Shown piece by piece: positions 1 through 10,179 of a DNA stretch of 39,087 bases (the first letter of the stretch is position 1; each line of letters begins with the position of its first letter). The notes under the pieces were generated by a model. The model made no database searches, had not been told where the DNA came from, and was given only the letters and a program-made list of their open reading frames with translations. This DNA is from Candidatus Flemingiibacterium sp. (GTDB taxonomy: Bacteria; Bacillota; Clostridia; Oscillospirales; CAG-272). Both the position numbers and the translations under genes were made by a program. The stretch covers positions 1 through 39,087 of the forward strand of contig JAZRPJ010000110.1 in assembly GCA_045649205.1 (NCBI GenBank), written 5' to 3'.

Positions 1-1
1 C

Positions 2-1816
2 ATCTGCGTGGGATGCAGTCAGGGCTGTTCAAACTGCGCGGAAATCTGCGAAGAATGCGGCGAAAAATGCTCAAACTGCGCTGACGGAGAAATGTGTACG
101 GAATGCGGCAAATGCGTTGACTGCGCCGGATCGGACAGCTTCTGTATGACCTGCGGACTCTGCTCGGACTGCGGCGTCGTCTGTCCCTGCGGTGAGGGAT
201 GCGAAAACTGCGCAGATCTCTGTCCGGATTGTGGTGAAAAATGTTCCAACTGCTTTGACGAATTCTGCGCTTCCTGCGATATCTGCCGTGAATGCGTTGA
301 TGGTCTGTTCTGCGAGGACTGCTATCAGTGCGGCGGTTGCACTCAAATATGCGAGGACTGCGGCACTGTTTGCGCTGACTGCGCCGAAAATGTCTGCGAA
401 GGTTGCGGCAAGTGCTCCGGATGCATGGACGAATTCTGTCCCGATTGCGGTATGTGTATTGACTGCGCCGACATAATGTGCCGCGACTGCTATTATTGCG
501 GAGACTGTGCCGATAACATCTGCATTGACTGCGGCGAATACTGTGCGGATTGTGCGGATGTCTGCCACGAGTGCGGCAAATGTGAGAATTGTACTGAAAT
601 ATGTTCCGACTGCTCAATGTGTAAGGATTGCTGTACAGAAACCGCCTCGTATATGGGGTGCGAGCACGGTATATGTCCCGAAAGTGAAGAATGGAAAACT
701 CATTACTGCAGTGAGGGCGGTCACTGTGCAGACGAGTCGAGTGGGATCGAATACGATGAAGATGAACACTGGACGGTCTGCGGCAGCGGATGCGATATCA
801 GACTGAGTCCCGAGCTTCACACCTTCGGCGAAGGTAGTATTACGAAGGAAGCAACAAAAAAGGCTGTGGGCGTTATTGAATTCACCTGCACATTCTGCGA
901 CTTTGTAAAGGAAGAAACCATTCCCAAGCTTACGGGCGAACATACTCACGAGTATTCTGCCGTTGTAACGGAGCCTACCTGCTTGTCAGGAGGATATACC
1001 ACACACACCTGCCAGTGCGGACATACTTATACGGATATGCAAACATCTGCGGTAAAGCACTCGTATATTCACAAGTATACAGAATCCGAGCATTGGAAAG
1101 AATGTGAATACTGTCATGTTGCCACCGAAAAAGCCGCTCATAAGCTTGGTTCGTGGACAACTGTCGTGAAGGCCGGATACACTCACTCAGGAGAAAAACA
1201 GCGCGAATGTAATATATGCGGCTATTCGCTCAAAGAGACCATTCCGCCACTCACTGTTCCCGCAGACAAATTGGTAGTCATTATCCCGGATTATGATAAG
1301 TATGCTCCATCCGGTTCTTCGGATGATTCGGCAGCAGATCCGAGCGGCGGTGAGTCGACACCGACAGTAAGTTCTCCGGCGATAAAAGAGCTTCTGACAA
1401 AGGGCGAAGAGAACAGCGTTCCGGTGCTCCCCACTCTTTCTACCACCGAGAACGGAAATATTTTCGAGGGATGGGTAAACAAAGCAACAGGCGAACCGGT
1501 CAAAAAGGGTGATAAGCTCACCGAAAATATTGAGATCGAGCCTATATGGAAGGACTGCGGCGAGGGCAAGCATACAGACACAAATGAAGATAATAACTGT
1601 GATGATTGCGGATATATTCTCATGAAGCCCACCCAGCCCGAATATACGACCGAGCCTGCCGATGAAACGACGGCGGACAACGAACAAAACGGCGAAAAAG
1701 CACCGCAAGCAAAGGCCGGTGTTTCTATTTGGGGAATTATTCTTATTGCGTGCTTCATCGCAGTAATTGCAATTTGTGCAGTGGTGCTGATTATCGTCCT
1801 GAGGAAAAAGAAATAA
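2..1816 (+). CDS. Cys-rich (poly-CxxC) membrane-anchored, probably surface-exposed protein; 5'-partial
   Basis: Frame is open from the window edge (ATC TGC GTG GGA TGC), so the true start is upstream. About 29 CxxC motifs in the first ~210 aa, then His/Cys repeats of the 'H..T.PTC..G....C.CG' type seen in clostridial surface proteins. A possible InlB-B/Flg_new-like segment (NIFEGWVN...IEPIWK), a Thr/Glu-rich linker, a C-terminal hydrophobic helix and an RKKK tail. Confidence 0.85.
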   Translation: MCVGCSQGCSNCAEICEECGEKCSNCADGEMCTECGKCVDCAGSDSFCMTCGLCSDCGVVCPCGEGCENCADLCPDCGEKCSNCFDEFCASCDICRECVDGLFCEDCYQCGGCTQICEDCGTVCADCAENVCEGCGKCSGCMDEFCPDCGMCIDCADIMCRDCYYCGDCADNICIDCGEYCADCADVCHECGKCENCTEICSDCSMCKDCCTETASYMGCEHGICPESEEWKTHYCSEGGHCADESSGIEYDEDEHWTVCGSGCDIRLSPELHTFGEGSITKEATKKAVGVIEFTCTFCDFVKEETIPKLTGEHTHEYSAVVTEPTCLSGGYTTHTCQCGHTYTDMQTSAVKHSYIHKYTESEHWKECEYCHVATEKAAHKLGSWTTVVKAGYTHSGEKQRECNICGYSLKETIPPLTVPADKLVVIIPDYDKYAPSGSSDDSAADPSGGESTPTVSSPAIKELLTKGEENSVPVLPTLSTTENGNIFEGWVNKATGEPVKKGDKLTENIEIEPIWKDCGEGKHTDTNEDNNCDDCGYILMKPTQPEYTTEPADETTADNEQNGEKAPQAKAGVSIWGIILIACFIAVIAICAVVLIIVLRKKK

Positions 1817-1908
1817 TAGCCATGGCTGCAATGACAATTGACTGTATGTCATCCAAAACATCTTTTTTAGTCACCCTTGCCAATCATTAGGGCAAAAACA
1901 TATCGTGT

Positions 1909-1936
1909 AGAAAACCCGGGAAAACCCGGGTTTTCT
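1909..1936 (+). terminator. Rho-independent terminator hairpin
   Basis: AGAAAACCCGGG-AAAA-CCCGGGTTTTCT, a perfect 12-bp inverted repeat downstream of the Cys-rich gene. Confidence 0.7.
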
Positions 1937-1999
1937 GAATTTTTTGCATATTTTAACTTTCCACCAAGCACAAACGTGAAAAAATATCCAAAATAGTAC

Positions 2000-2028
2000 T
2001 TGAAATTAATATGATAATGTGGTATAAT
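2000..2028 (+). promoter_or_regulatory. sigma-A promoter of the TRAP operon
   Basis: TTGAAA-17 bp-TATAAT with TG extended -10. Confidence 0.7.
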
Positions 2029-2087
2029 ATTAAAGAATAAACATAATTTAGTTATTCGTCAAAAAATTTTATCCGGAGGAAAGACAA

Positions 2088-3044
2088 ATGAAAAAGATTA
2101 TTTCTCTCATTCTCGTTATCGCAGCTGTACTCGCACTCGCTTCATGCAGCGGCGGAACCACAATGACTATGGGTACCGGCGGTACTGCGGGTACTTACTA
2201 CGGTTACGGCGGAATTCTCGCCAATCATATCAAATCAACTGCCGGAATCACTGTTAACGTTGTTTCTACCGACGGCTCCAAGGCTAATATCCTTGGCATT
2301 GATGCCGGTAACTATCAGCTTGCCACCGTACAATCTGACGTAATGGCATACGCTTGGGAAGGCTCCCGCTCCTTCGAAGCAGAAGGCGCTCTCGAATCCT
2401 TCCGTGTTATCGGCGGTCTTTACGCAGAGGCCGTTCAGCTTATCACTATGGACCCAGAAATCAAGACCGTTAAGGATCTTGCAGGCAAGAAGGTTTCTAT
2501 CGGTGCGGCAGGCTCCGGCGTTTACTTCAACGCTATGGACGTTCTCGCGGCTGCAGGCCTTACTGAGGCCGATATCCAGCCCCAGTACCAGTCCTTCGCA
2601 GACTCCGCAGATGCTCTTAAGGATGGAAAGATCGACGCTGCATTCATCGTAGCAGGTCCTCCCACACCCGCAATCCAGGAGCTTTGCACCACCAACACAG
2701 CGTATCTCGTACCCATCGACGGTGAGGTTGCAGAGGCACTTATGGCTTCCTGTCCCTACTACACCGTTCACTCCATTCCCGCAGGCACCTATGAGGGTCA
2801 GACAGAGGATGTTGACACCGTTACCGTTAAAGCAACCCTTATCGTAAGCGCATCCGCTTCCGAGGAAGATGTATATAACGTAACCAAGGCGATCTTTGAC
2901 GGAATTGAAACCATCACCGCTTCTCACGCAAAGGGCGCTGAGCTCTCCATTGAGAACGCAACAAGCGGTATGACCGCTCCCTTCCATGCAGGGGCAGCAA
3001 AGTACTTTGCTGAAAAAGGTGTGGCTGATCTCCCTACTAAATAA
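2088..3044 (+). CDS. TAXI-family TRAP transporter solute-binding lipoprotein
   Basis: GGAGGA RBS; lipobox LASC; motifs GTGGTAGTYY, STDGSKAN, QSDV, GAAGSG, and C-terminal PFHAGAAKYF typical of TAXI SBPs. Confidence 0.93.
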   Translation: MKKIISLILVIAAVLALASCSGGTTMTMGTGGTAGTYYGYGGILANHIKSTAGITVNVVSTDGSKANILGIDAGNYQLATVQSDVMAYAWEGSRSFEAEGALESFRVIGGLYAEAVQLITMDPEIKTVKDLAGKKVSIGAAGSGVYFNAMDVLAAAGLTEADIQPQYQSFADSADALKDGKIDAAFIVAGPPTPAIQELCTTNTAYLVPIDGEVAEALMASCPYYTVHSIPAGTYEGQTEDVDTVTVKATLIVSASASEEDVYNVTKAIFDGIETITASHAKGAELSIENATSGMTAPFHAGAAKYFAEKGVADLPTK

Positions 3045-3066
3045 CCCTGATCGTTATAGCTTACCC

Positions 3067-3102
3067 AAAAGTGGCTGCGACGGTGAACGCCGCAGCCATT
3101 TT
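3067..3102 (+). promoter_or_regulatory. Intercistronic stem-loop (partial terminator or mRNA stabiliser)
   Basis: TGGCTGCG...CGCAGCCA followed by TTTT, between the SBP and permease genes. Confidence 0.6.
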
Positions 3103-3130
3103 GATATTGCTTCCATGAAAGGAAAATACT

Positions 3131-5089
3131 ATGGCGTTTTTTAAGAAAAAGGAAGCCGTTCCCGCGGAGGTCATGGACCTGGATGCGGTAATGAAAAAAT
3201 ATGACCGCGAATCCAATACCCGAATATGGGAAGGCGTACCTAAAATAATCGTAACCTGTATACTTGCTCTCTTTTCTATATTCTGCATATATGTTACCCT
3301 TGTTGCCACATGGCTTGATGAGCTGCGTCTGACTACATTCATGGCGTATATCGTATTCATCGGATATATGATCTTCCCCGCAAGAAAGGGCGTCCAGCGA
3401 ACCAACTATATGCCCTGGTACGACATCGTTCTTATGCTGTGCGGTACCGGCTCATTTTTATACTATGCAATCAATGCGAGCGAAATAGTCGCACGTTATA
3501 ACATAAGATATTATGAAGTGATCATCGGTGCTATAGGTATTCTCTGCCTTGCGGAGCTTTGCAGACGAAGCGTCGGTCTCCCCATACTTATCGTTGCCGG
3601 TGTGCTTCTCGTATATGCCCTCATCTGGGGCTCTACCAATCCTAACTTCATGGCCAGAATCGTTGAAGTCGTGCGCAATCTCTTCTACTCCAAGGAGGGA
3701 ATACTTTCAACACCGGTCAACGTATGCTCCAAATACATAGTAATGTTTATTATCTTCGGTGCATTTCTTGAACGTACCGGAATTGCCGATTTCTTCATAA
3801 ACATTGCAAATGCACTTGTGGGCCGTTTTTCCGGCGGTCCCGCGAAGGTGGCGGTTGTCGCTTCTGCACTTGAAGGTATGGTATCCGGCTCATCTGTTGC
3901 AAACACGGTAGGTTCCGGTGCCGTTACCATCCCTCTTATGAAGAAAACCGGCTACAAGCCGGAGTTTGCAGCTGCCGCTGAAGCAGCAGCCTCCACAGGT
4001 GGACAGATAATGCCGCCTATTATGGGTGCGGCGGCGTTCCTTATGGCAGAAACCATTGGCGTTCCCTATTCCAATATTGTTCTGCGGGCTATCCTCCCTG
4101 CTGTCCTCTACTTTGCAGGCGTATTCATAACCGTACACCTTGAAGCAAAAAAGGAAGGGCTTCGCGGTCTTACAAAAGCGGAACTTCCCAGACTTAAGCC
4201 CCTCCTTAAGAAGACCTACCTGCTGCTTCCCCTTATTCTCCTCGTTTACCTTGTAGGTACCAGCAAGCGCTCCATCGCTTATGCGGCGGCAATTGCAGTT
4301 GTTGTTGCAATTATTGTGGGAATATTCAACAAGGGTAACCGAATTACACCGAAGCGCATATGGGAAGCTCTTGCGGCAGGCGGTCAAGGTATGATCACCG
4401 TTGCAGTAGCCTGCGGCATCGCGGGTATCGTTGCAGGCATCATCAGCTCTACCGGTCTTGCGTTCAAGCTTTTCAGCGGTATTATCGCAGTTGCCGGCAA
4501 TCACGTTATTGTGGCTCTGTTCCTTACGATGCTTTGCTGTATAGTACTTGGAATGGGTGTACCTACCACAGCCAATTACTGCATCATGGCGGCAACCTGT
4601 GCCCCCATACTTATTTCAATGGGTGTTCCTGATATTGCAGCTCACTTCTTTGTATTCTACTTCGGCATAGTTGCTGACCTTACTCCTCCCGTTGCCCTTG
4701 CGGCTTACGCAGGTGCGGCCATCGGTCAGGCTAACCCCATGAAGACAGCATTTACCGCTACAAAGCTGGCTATCGGTGCATTTATAGTTCCTTACGTTTT
4801 TGCACTAAATCCCACCATGCTTTTCGTTGGCACACAAAGTGTATGGGAGATCATTCTCATAGTTATTACTTCACTTGTGGGTATATTTGCAGTTTCTGCA
4901 TCCCTTGAGGGGTATCTCATCATCCGTATGAGCTGGTACGAGCGTATAATCATCGCTGCGGGTGGATTGCTCCTCATTTATCCCGGCGCCGTTACAGACA
5001 TAATCGGACTCGCTCTTGTTGCACTTATTGTGGCAGTACAGATCATTAAGAAAAAGTCCAAAGTAAAGCTTACCGCTAAAATGGATTAA
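3131..5089 (+). CDS. TRAP transporter fused permease (4TM/12TM, DctQM-type)
   Basis: 652 aa polytopic membrane protein with GGPAKVAV, SGSSVAN, ASTGGQIMPPIMGAAAFLMAE, LGMGVPTTANY and DLTPPVALAAY motifs. Confidence 0.95.
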   Translation: MAFFKKKEAVPAEVMDLDAVMKKYDRESNTRIWEGVPKIIVTCILALFSIFCIYVTLVATWLDELRLTTFMAYIVFIGYMIFPARKGVQRTNYMPWYDIVLMLCGTGSFLYYAINASEIVARYNIRYYEVIIGAIGILCLAELCRRSVGLPILIVAGVLLVYALIWGSTNPNFMARIVEVVRNLFYSKEGILSTPVNVCSKYIVMFIIFGAFLERTGIADFFINIANALVGRFSGGPAKVAVVASALEGMVSGSSVANTVGSGAVTIPLMKKTGYKPEFAAAAEAAASTGGQIMPPIMGAAAFLMAETIGVPYSNIVLRAILPAVLYFAGVFITVHLEAKKEGLRGLTKAELPRLKPLLKKTYLLLPLILLVYLVGTSKRSIAYAAAIAVVVAIIVGIFNKGNRITPKRIWEALAAGGQGMITVAVACGIAGIVAGIISSTGLAFKLFSGIIAVAGNHVIVALFLTMLCCIVLGMGVPTTANYCIMAATCAPILISMGVPDIAAHFFVFYFGIVADLTPPVALAAYAGAAIGQANPMKTAFTATKLAIGAFIVPYVFALNPTMLFVGTQSVWEIILIVITSLVGIFAVSASLEGYLIIRMSWYERIIIAAGGLLLIYPGAVTDIIGLALVALIVAVQIIKKKSKVKLTAKMD

Positions 5090-5196
5090 CAGAATAAAGC
5101 GTCAAAAAACACCGCAGACAAAAGACGGAGCTTTCGTCAGTCCTTTCTAATTGTTTACAATTTACTGTAGATTTGCCCGTAATTTTATGCTATAAT

Positions 5197-5242
5197 ATGA
5201 CTTGATGAGCCGGCAAAATTCGGTTCTTCAAGTCATTTTTTA
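5197..5242 (+). terminator. Hairpin plus U-tract (TRAP operon terminator, or attenuator of the next gene)
   Basis: ATGACTTGA...TCAAGTCAT arms with a paired inner GAGCCG/CGGTTC stem and a T-run; begins right after TGCTATAAT (5188-5196). Confidence 0.5.
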
Positions 5243-5271
5243 TCTTTTCACAAAAAGGAAGGAACAGTGTC

Positions 5272-6582
5272 ATGTTAAAAGCAGGTTTTTCGCGCGTTGA
5301 TATCACTCCCCCTCTCGGACTTCCCATTTCGGGATACAATGAAAAAAGAATAGCCGAAGGTATTCTTGACCCGCTGGAGTTAAATGCCATTGCTGTATCC
5401 GATGACAAGGATACTGCCATTATTATAGCGAGCGATCTTATCGGTATCGAGCTTAATCGTGCAGCTGAACTCAGAGCGCTCATCTCTGAACGTACAAACG
5501 TGCCGGAGGATCATATTTTTATCCAGGCGATCCATCAGCACACCTCAGTTTATGTTTACCATTTTTCCGACTTTTTTGAAAATCGCCTTGATGAATATCA
5601 TGACAACGCATTCCTTGATATTCTTTTCAGAAAATTCGGAGATGTTGCCCAGATGGCAATAGGTGACATGAAGGAAGCTACAGTAAGCACCGCGACCAAA
5701 AAGACTGCAAAGGATATTTCCTTTGTTCGCCGCTACTTACTTAAGGACGGCTCTATCATGACAAATCCCTCCACTAAGCGCCCTGATGAAATCGAGCGCC
5801 CCTGCAGCGAATCCGACAACAATGTTCGTCTTATAAGATTTAAAAGAAAGGGTGCCAAGGATATCGCTCTTGTCAACTTCTCCACTCACCCGGACGTAAT
5901 CGGCGGCAATTACTTTTCCGCAGACTGGCCGGGCTTTGTGCGCCGTTTTGTGGAGCACGATATAGATGATGTATCCTGTATTTTGGTCAACGGCTTCCAG
6001 GGCGACACCAACCAGGTCGACTTTATGAACGGCAAGATAGACTGTGGCTACGAGCATTCCCGCTTTATGGGCAGAGTAGTTGCCGACACCGTTATTGAGA
6101 TCTGGGATAAGACAGAGAACATATGCGCCGAGGGTATAAGCGGCGAAATTCGCTATGTCTACACCAAAACCAGCACCAAGGGTGAAGACCGCTACGAGTG
6201 GGCAGAAAATTACTATAATGACTATCTTGATGGCAAGATCCCCCTGGTAGGTACTGTTGCGGATATTGCCGAAGCAAGACGCATACTTCAAATGAAGGAT
6301 CAGCCCATGTACAGAAAGCTTCCCGTGTCTGTTGTACGACTTGGCGATATAGCATTTGTAGGCCTTGGCGGCGAGCCCTTTACCGCCTACGGTGAAAAGG
6401 CGAGAGCAGCAGCTCCCGACAGCTTTGTCATTTGTGCTTGCTGCACCAACGGCTATCAGGGATACCTCCCCACCTATGCCGCATTCATGGAAGGCGGATA
6501 CGAAGCAAGAAGCTCCAACTTCACTCCGGAGCTTGAAGAACAGCTTGTTTCCGCAATTACCGAAATGGTAAACAATAAATAA
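5272..6582 (+). CDS. Neutral/alkaline ceramidase-like metal-dependent hydrolase (substrate unknown)
   Basis: KAGFSRVDITPP start, AIHQHT (HxH metal site), NFSTHPD, SADWPG, GEPF, GYLPT and EGGYE motifs. Confidence 0.8.
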   Translation: MLKAGFSRVDITPPLGLPISGYNEKRIAEGILDPLELNAIAVSDDKDTAIIIASDLIGIELNRAAELRALISERTNVPEDHIFIQAIHQHTSVYVYHFSDFFENRLDEYHDNAFLDILFRKFGDVAQMAIGDMKEATVSTATKKTAKDISFVRRYLLKDGSIMTNPSTKRPDEIERPCSESDNNVRLIRFKRKGAKDIALVNFSTHPDVIGGNYFSADWPGFVRRFVEHDIDDVSCILVNGFQGDTNQVDFMNGKIDCGYEHSRFMGRVVADTVIEIWDKTENICAEGISGEIRYVYTKTSTKGEDRYEWAENYYNDYLDGKIPLVGTVADIAEARRILQMKDQPMYRKLPVSVVRLGDIAFVGLGGEPFTAYGEKARAAAPDSFVICACCTNGYQGYLPTYAAFMEGGYEARSSNFTPELEEQLVSAITEMVNNK

Positions 6583-6595
6583 TCCGAAAACAAAC

Positions 6596-6643
6596 AGGAG
6601 TCAACCTCGAACAGCCTGACCGGACTGTGAGAAGTTGACTCCT
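6596..6643. terminator. Bidirectional terminator between convergent genes
   Basis: AGGAGTCAAC...GTTGACTCCT inverted repeat. Confidence 0.65.
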
Positions 6644-6663
6644 ATTTTATATTTAATGCTATA

Positions 6664-8053
6664 TCATTCGGCGATTAATCTGATGTCACTCATCGGAATA
6701 TTGCCGCCATCATTCAGACGCTTAAGGTATATCTCGTACTTGCCGGCAGACGGTATGTCGAATGTACCGGCACTATATACCTGACGAATATTGTCGCGGC
6801 CGGTTTTACTGAGGTTGTAGGAATATACGGCATTTGCAAGTGTAAGATTCGTGGTCTGTGTCTGCACAAAGCCGTCCGTTATAACTTCAACGACAACATC
6901 TGCACCGCAGTCCGTGCTGTCCAAGGTGATCTCGCAGCGGAATTTACCTGCGGTTGTGAATTCGCCCGTCCAGCCGAGGTATTCTTCCTTTTTGTTCCAT
7001 GCATTGACGAGAGTAACACCGCTGATCGCCAGACCGTTTATACCCATTTTTCCGTCATAGAGATTGTGCTCAAACACACGCTCAACCTTTTCGCCGTTCA
7101 CATATTTATCGCCGCAGAAGCTGTTGAGATAGAGTGTGGCGCCGTACTGGATAAGACCATCGAAGAATGTAGCCTTATCCTCAAATTCGATACGGAATAC
7201 GGGTACGGGCAGGTCGCTTTCGGCGTAGTTGAGCGTGATCTCGATCATTCCCTTTTCGGCACAGTATGTATATTTCTGCTCATTTCCGCCGATCTCGCAT
7301 ACCGACTTCACCTTGCCGTACACACCCGAAAGCTCGATCTTTGCAGTCTTGGTGTCTGTCACGTAAAGATACATCTTAGTCGAGTCTGCCGAAACTGCGA
7401 GATAACCCCATTTGTATACCGTTTTTAACGGGTTGTCGCAAACGTTGTAAACAGCTTCGCCGTAGCGTTTTGTCCATTTTCCGATAGTTTCGAGAATATC
7501 CTCGGTTTCGGGAGTGAGTATGCCGGACGCATAGGGACCGACGTTGAGCAGCATGGTAGTACCGCAGGAAATACAGCGAACAAGAAGTCCGATCATATCT
7601 GCCGGTGTCTTCCAGTTCCGGTCACCGGACTTATATCCCCATGTGTCGTTGAGGGTTACCAGACACTCCGACGGGATGCCCACCGGAATAGTAGGAATGG
7701 AATTGTCGCCGAGGGATTCATAGTCACCGCGTCCGTGCGAAATCCTCGAGTTGATGACACAGTGGGGCTGGTAGTATTTGACCATCATTGTGAGATCGTC
7801 GGTCATCTTATTTCATGCCGGCATCCTTTGCCGCTTTTACTAATTTCTTTGCATAATCGGGATCAGGGTTAAAATCCCTTACCGCGCGGCTGTAATCTGC
7901 CAACGGGATTTTAGCATGGCGCATGATCTATTCGCCGAGTCCGTCTACTTCCTTTCCGTCCCATTTACCGGCAAGGATGCTGTAAAGTCCCCAGTGAACA
8001 AACATCCCGAAGCGCTCATTTCGCATATTTAATGTGTCCTGAGCATATTTCAT
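6664..8053 (-). pseudogene. Alpha-L-fucosidase (GH29) pseudogene
   Basis: From ATG 8053: MKYAQDTLNMRNERFGMFVHWGLYSILAGKWDGKEVDGLGE*IMRHAKIP...AAKDAGMK*. TAG at 7928-7930 lies where Trp is expected, and TAA is at 7808-7810. The remainder (QPHCVINSR, ECLVTLNDTWGY, LLNVGP, YGEAVY) is in another frame from 7806. The central segment is absent. Confidence 0.88.
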
Positions 8054-8064
8054 TTTTTAGTTCC

Positions 8065-10125
8065 TCATTTCTTATAATTCATGACAATTCCGATTTCTTC
8101 ATCAATCTGTGCTATCTTCCATTCAAGGCGCCTTCTGTCAGTGACGTATTCTATGGACGGCTCAAATCCGAGTATGGAGTCATATTCGACGAGAGGTATG
8201 GTGTCAACCGCATTTTGGCGCTCTGCCTTCAGAAGTTCAATCATTTCGTCGATGATTGCATCGCGCTTGGTGACGTCTTTCTCCGCAGCACGCGCATTGT
8301 CAAGTAGGAAATATTGCTTTCTGTTAAGTGCGGTGATTATGGTACGGTGTATGAAGTGACCCATGTTGATAAGCCTCTTTAGTTCGTCATTCTTAACCGC
8401 TACGCTTTCAAGAAGCTCAAGACCGCGCCGGAAACAGTTCTTGACGTATTGGTACGCCTCAAGCTCCTTGGGCATACGTATCTCGCCCGGATCGCCGAAA
8501 CTGTCGTATTCGTAGTAGCAGTTATACATACCTGGGCAAAGCTTATGCATCGCAAACTTATCCTGTGGCGGGCTGTTGACCGGTACTATGCTTCCTTCAA
8601 CCATGATAGGTCTGTTGCGCTCGCCCGAATAGAAGGGATGGGACGGACCGATTCTGAGTGCACCGTACTGATCCTCGTTGGTAGGCACCATATTGGCAAA
8701 GCCTTCGCTCCAAAGATGCATCGCTTCGTCGATCTTGTCGAGCTCCTCGTGTCCGAAATGCATGGCAAGAATCTTGGGTATAAGCTCGTTTAAGTCAACG
8801 CGAGGCTCGGCGAATGCCCATTTTGCGATTTCCGTGATAAATGACGGATAAACTCCGAAGTGGATAGAGTCAAGGAGTGCGGCAAGATTGTTGTTGTCGT
8901 GAGCCTTGCGAAGCGCCTCGAAGCGTTCTGCCCAACGGTATGGTGCCGGGTCATAGGGGATGGCACCGATGTCCCAGGTCTTGCCGCCGGTATTTGCTAT
9001 GGCTTCAAGCTTAATGCCGTACTTAGTTGCGGCTTCCGATTCGGTCAGGAAGTAATGTCCCGGCTTTACCACACGAAGTGAATAGTCGCTGCAGCATTCC
9101 TTCACTCCGTCCAGGTCATAAAATTCGAACATCTCCCAACCGCAGTTGAGAAGTATGCCCTCGGGAAGTTCGCTGATAAGCTTCTGGCGGCGCTCATAGT
9201 CACACCATCCCCAGTTGTAGGAGCTGAGCATTATTTCAACGTCGGGCTTGATCTTCTTAACCGAATTCTGAATCATCTTAAGCAGTAACGGCCAGTCCGA
9301 GCAGGGCCACCAGCCGGGACGCCTCCCCTCGGGAAGACTTGGATCGCGGCTGGGGAAATTGACCGCTTCACCGACTATTACAAGTCCTTTGATAAAGGGG
9401 AACTGGGCAAACAGTTCGCCGTACAGATTGTCGTAGAATTTCTGTGCCTCTTCGCCCTCCGGATATACATCGTGCTTTGTATAGCTTTCTATGTAAATAT
9501 CGAAACCGTAGCGTGCGGCGCGAACTGCAAGATCACTGAAATTCTGGAAGCCCTTTTGATTCTCGTTGGGGCCCTTGATCCAAAGCATAATCGCGGAAAA
9601 GCCGTGGTGTGCCAGCTGTGCAAGATACTCATCCGGATATTCACCTACGCCGTATCCTGACATAACAGTACGGGGGGCAAACATGATTCTTCTTGTTTCA
9701 ACGCCCTTTTTGAGGAAGGGTGCCTCCCGCAGATTCATAACATCCTCAAGGTAAAACAGTCCCTGCAGTATGCCGGCCTCGTCATATCCCTCAACCGTTA
9801 CATTTTCACCTACGGTTATGCGGTGTCCGCGGCGCTCATTCGCCTCACCGAGATCCGCTGCAAGAGCCAACCTTACGGTGTTGGGAGTGTCCTCGCCGTT
9901 ATCGTAGTCCACATATGCGGTGACATTCATGGACACAAAGAGATAGTCGGCAAAGTCCTTCGCGGCGGTCACGGTGATCTCACCGGCATCAACGGGCATG
10001 AGGATGCGGACGGCGCCCTCAAACGAAAATTCATCTGCCGCCGGCTTCAGGTTCTTATTGCGGCGGTTCTTTTTATGTACTTCGAGTAAACGTTTGCAAA
10101 AATCATAGTTTCTTTCAACTGTCAT
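8065..10125 (-). CDS. Uncharacterised putative glycoside hydrolase-like protein (~686 aa)
   Basis: Long ORF; start reassigned to ATG 10125, 8 nt after GGAGG. The N-terminus resembles the GH20-type accessory domain 2 (VTVEGYDEAGILQGLFYLED). Directly upstream of the GH29 gene. Confidence 0.6.
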   Translation of the reverse strand: MTVERNYDFCKRLLEVHKKNRRNKNLKPAADEFSFEGAVRILMPVDAGEITVTAAKDFADYLFVSMNVTAYVDYDNGEDTPNTVRLALAADLGEANERRGHRITVGENVTVEGYDEAGILQGLFYLEDVMNLREAPFLKKGVETRRIMFAPRTVMSGYGVGEYPDEYLAQLAHHGFSAIMLWIKGPNENQKGFQNFSDLAVRAARYGFDIYIESYTKHDVYPEGEEAQKFYDNLYGELFAQFPFIKGLVIVGEAVNFPSRDPSLPEGRRPGWWPCSDWPLLLKMIQNSVKKIKPDVEIMLSSYNWGWCDYERRQKLISELPEGILLNCGWEMFEFYDLDGVKECCSDYSLRVVKPGHYFLTESEAATKYGIKLEAIANTGGKTWDIGAIPYDPAPYRWAERFEALRKAHDNNNLAALLDSIHFGVYPSFITEIAKWAFAEPRVDLNELIPKILAMHFGHEELDKIDEAMHLWSEGFANMVPTNEDQYGALRIGPSHPFYSGERNRPIMVEGSIVPVNSPPQDKFAMHKLCPGMYNCYYEYDSFGDPGEIRMPKELEAYQYVKNCFRRGLELLESVAVKNDELKRLINMGHFIHRTIITALNRKQYFLLDNARAAEKDVTKRDAIIDEMIELLKAERQNAVDTIPLVEYDSILGFEPSIEYVTDRRRLEWKIAQIDEEIGIVMNYKK

Positions 10126-10179
10126 TTGTTTATCCTCCATCACTTACTAAAAACAGCAATAAATATCTCTCGGTGTGAC

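Noticed and set aside
1103-1117. CEYCH as a heme c attachment motif
   Set aside because: Single occurrence inside a His/Cys repeat; the main array lacks CxxCH, so this is not a multiheme cytochrome.
7928-7930. In-frame TAG as pyrrolysine or alternative genetic code
   Set aside because: It replaces a conserved Trp by one substitution, and the same gene has a second stop and a deletion, so pseudogenisation is the simpler explanation.
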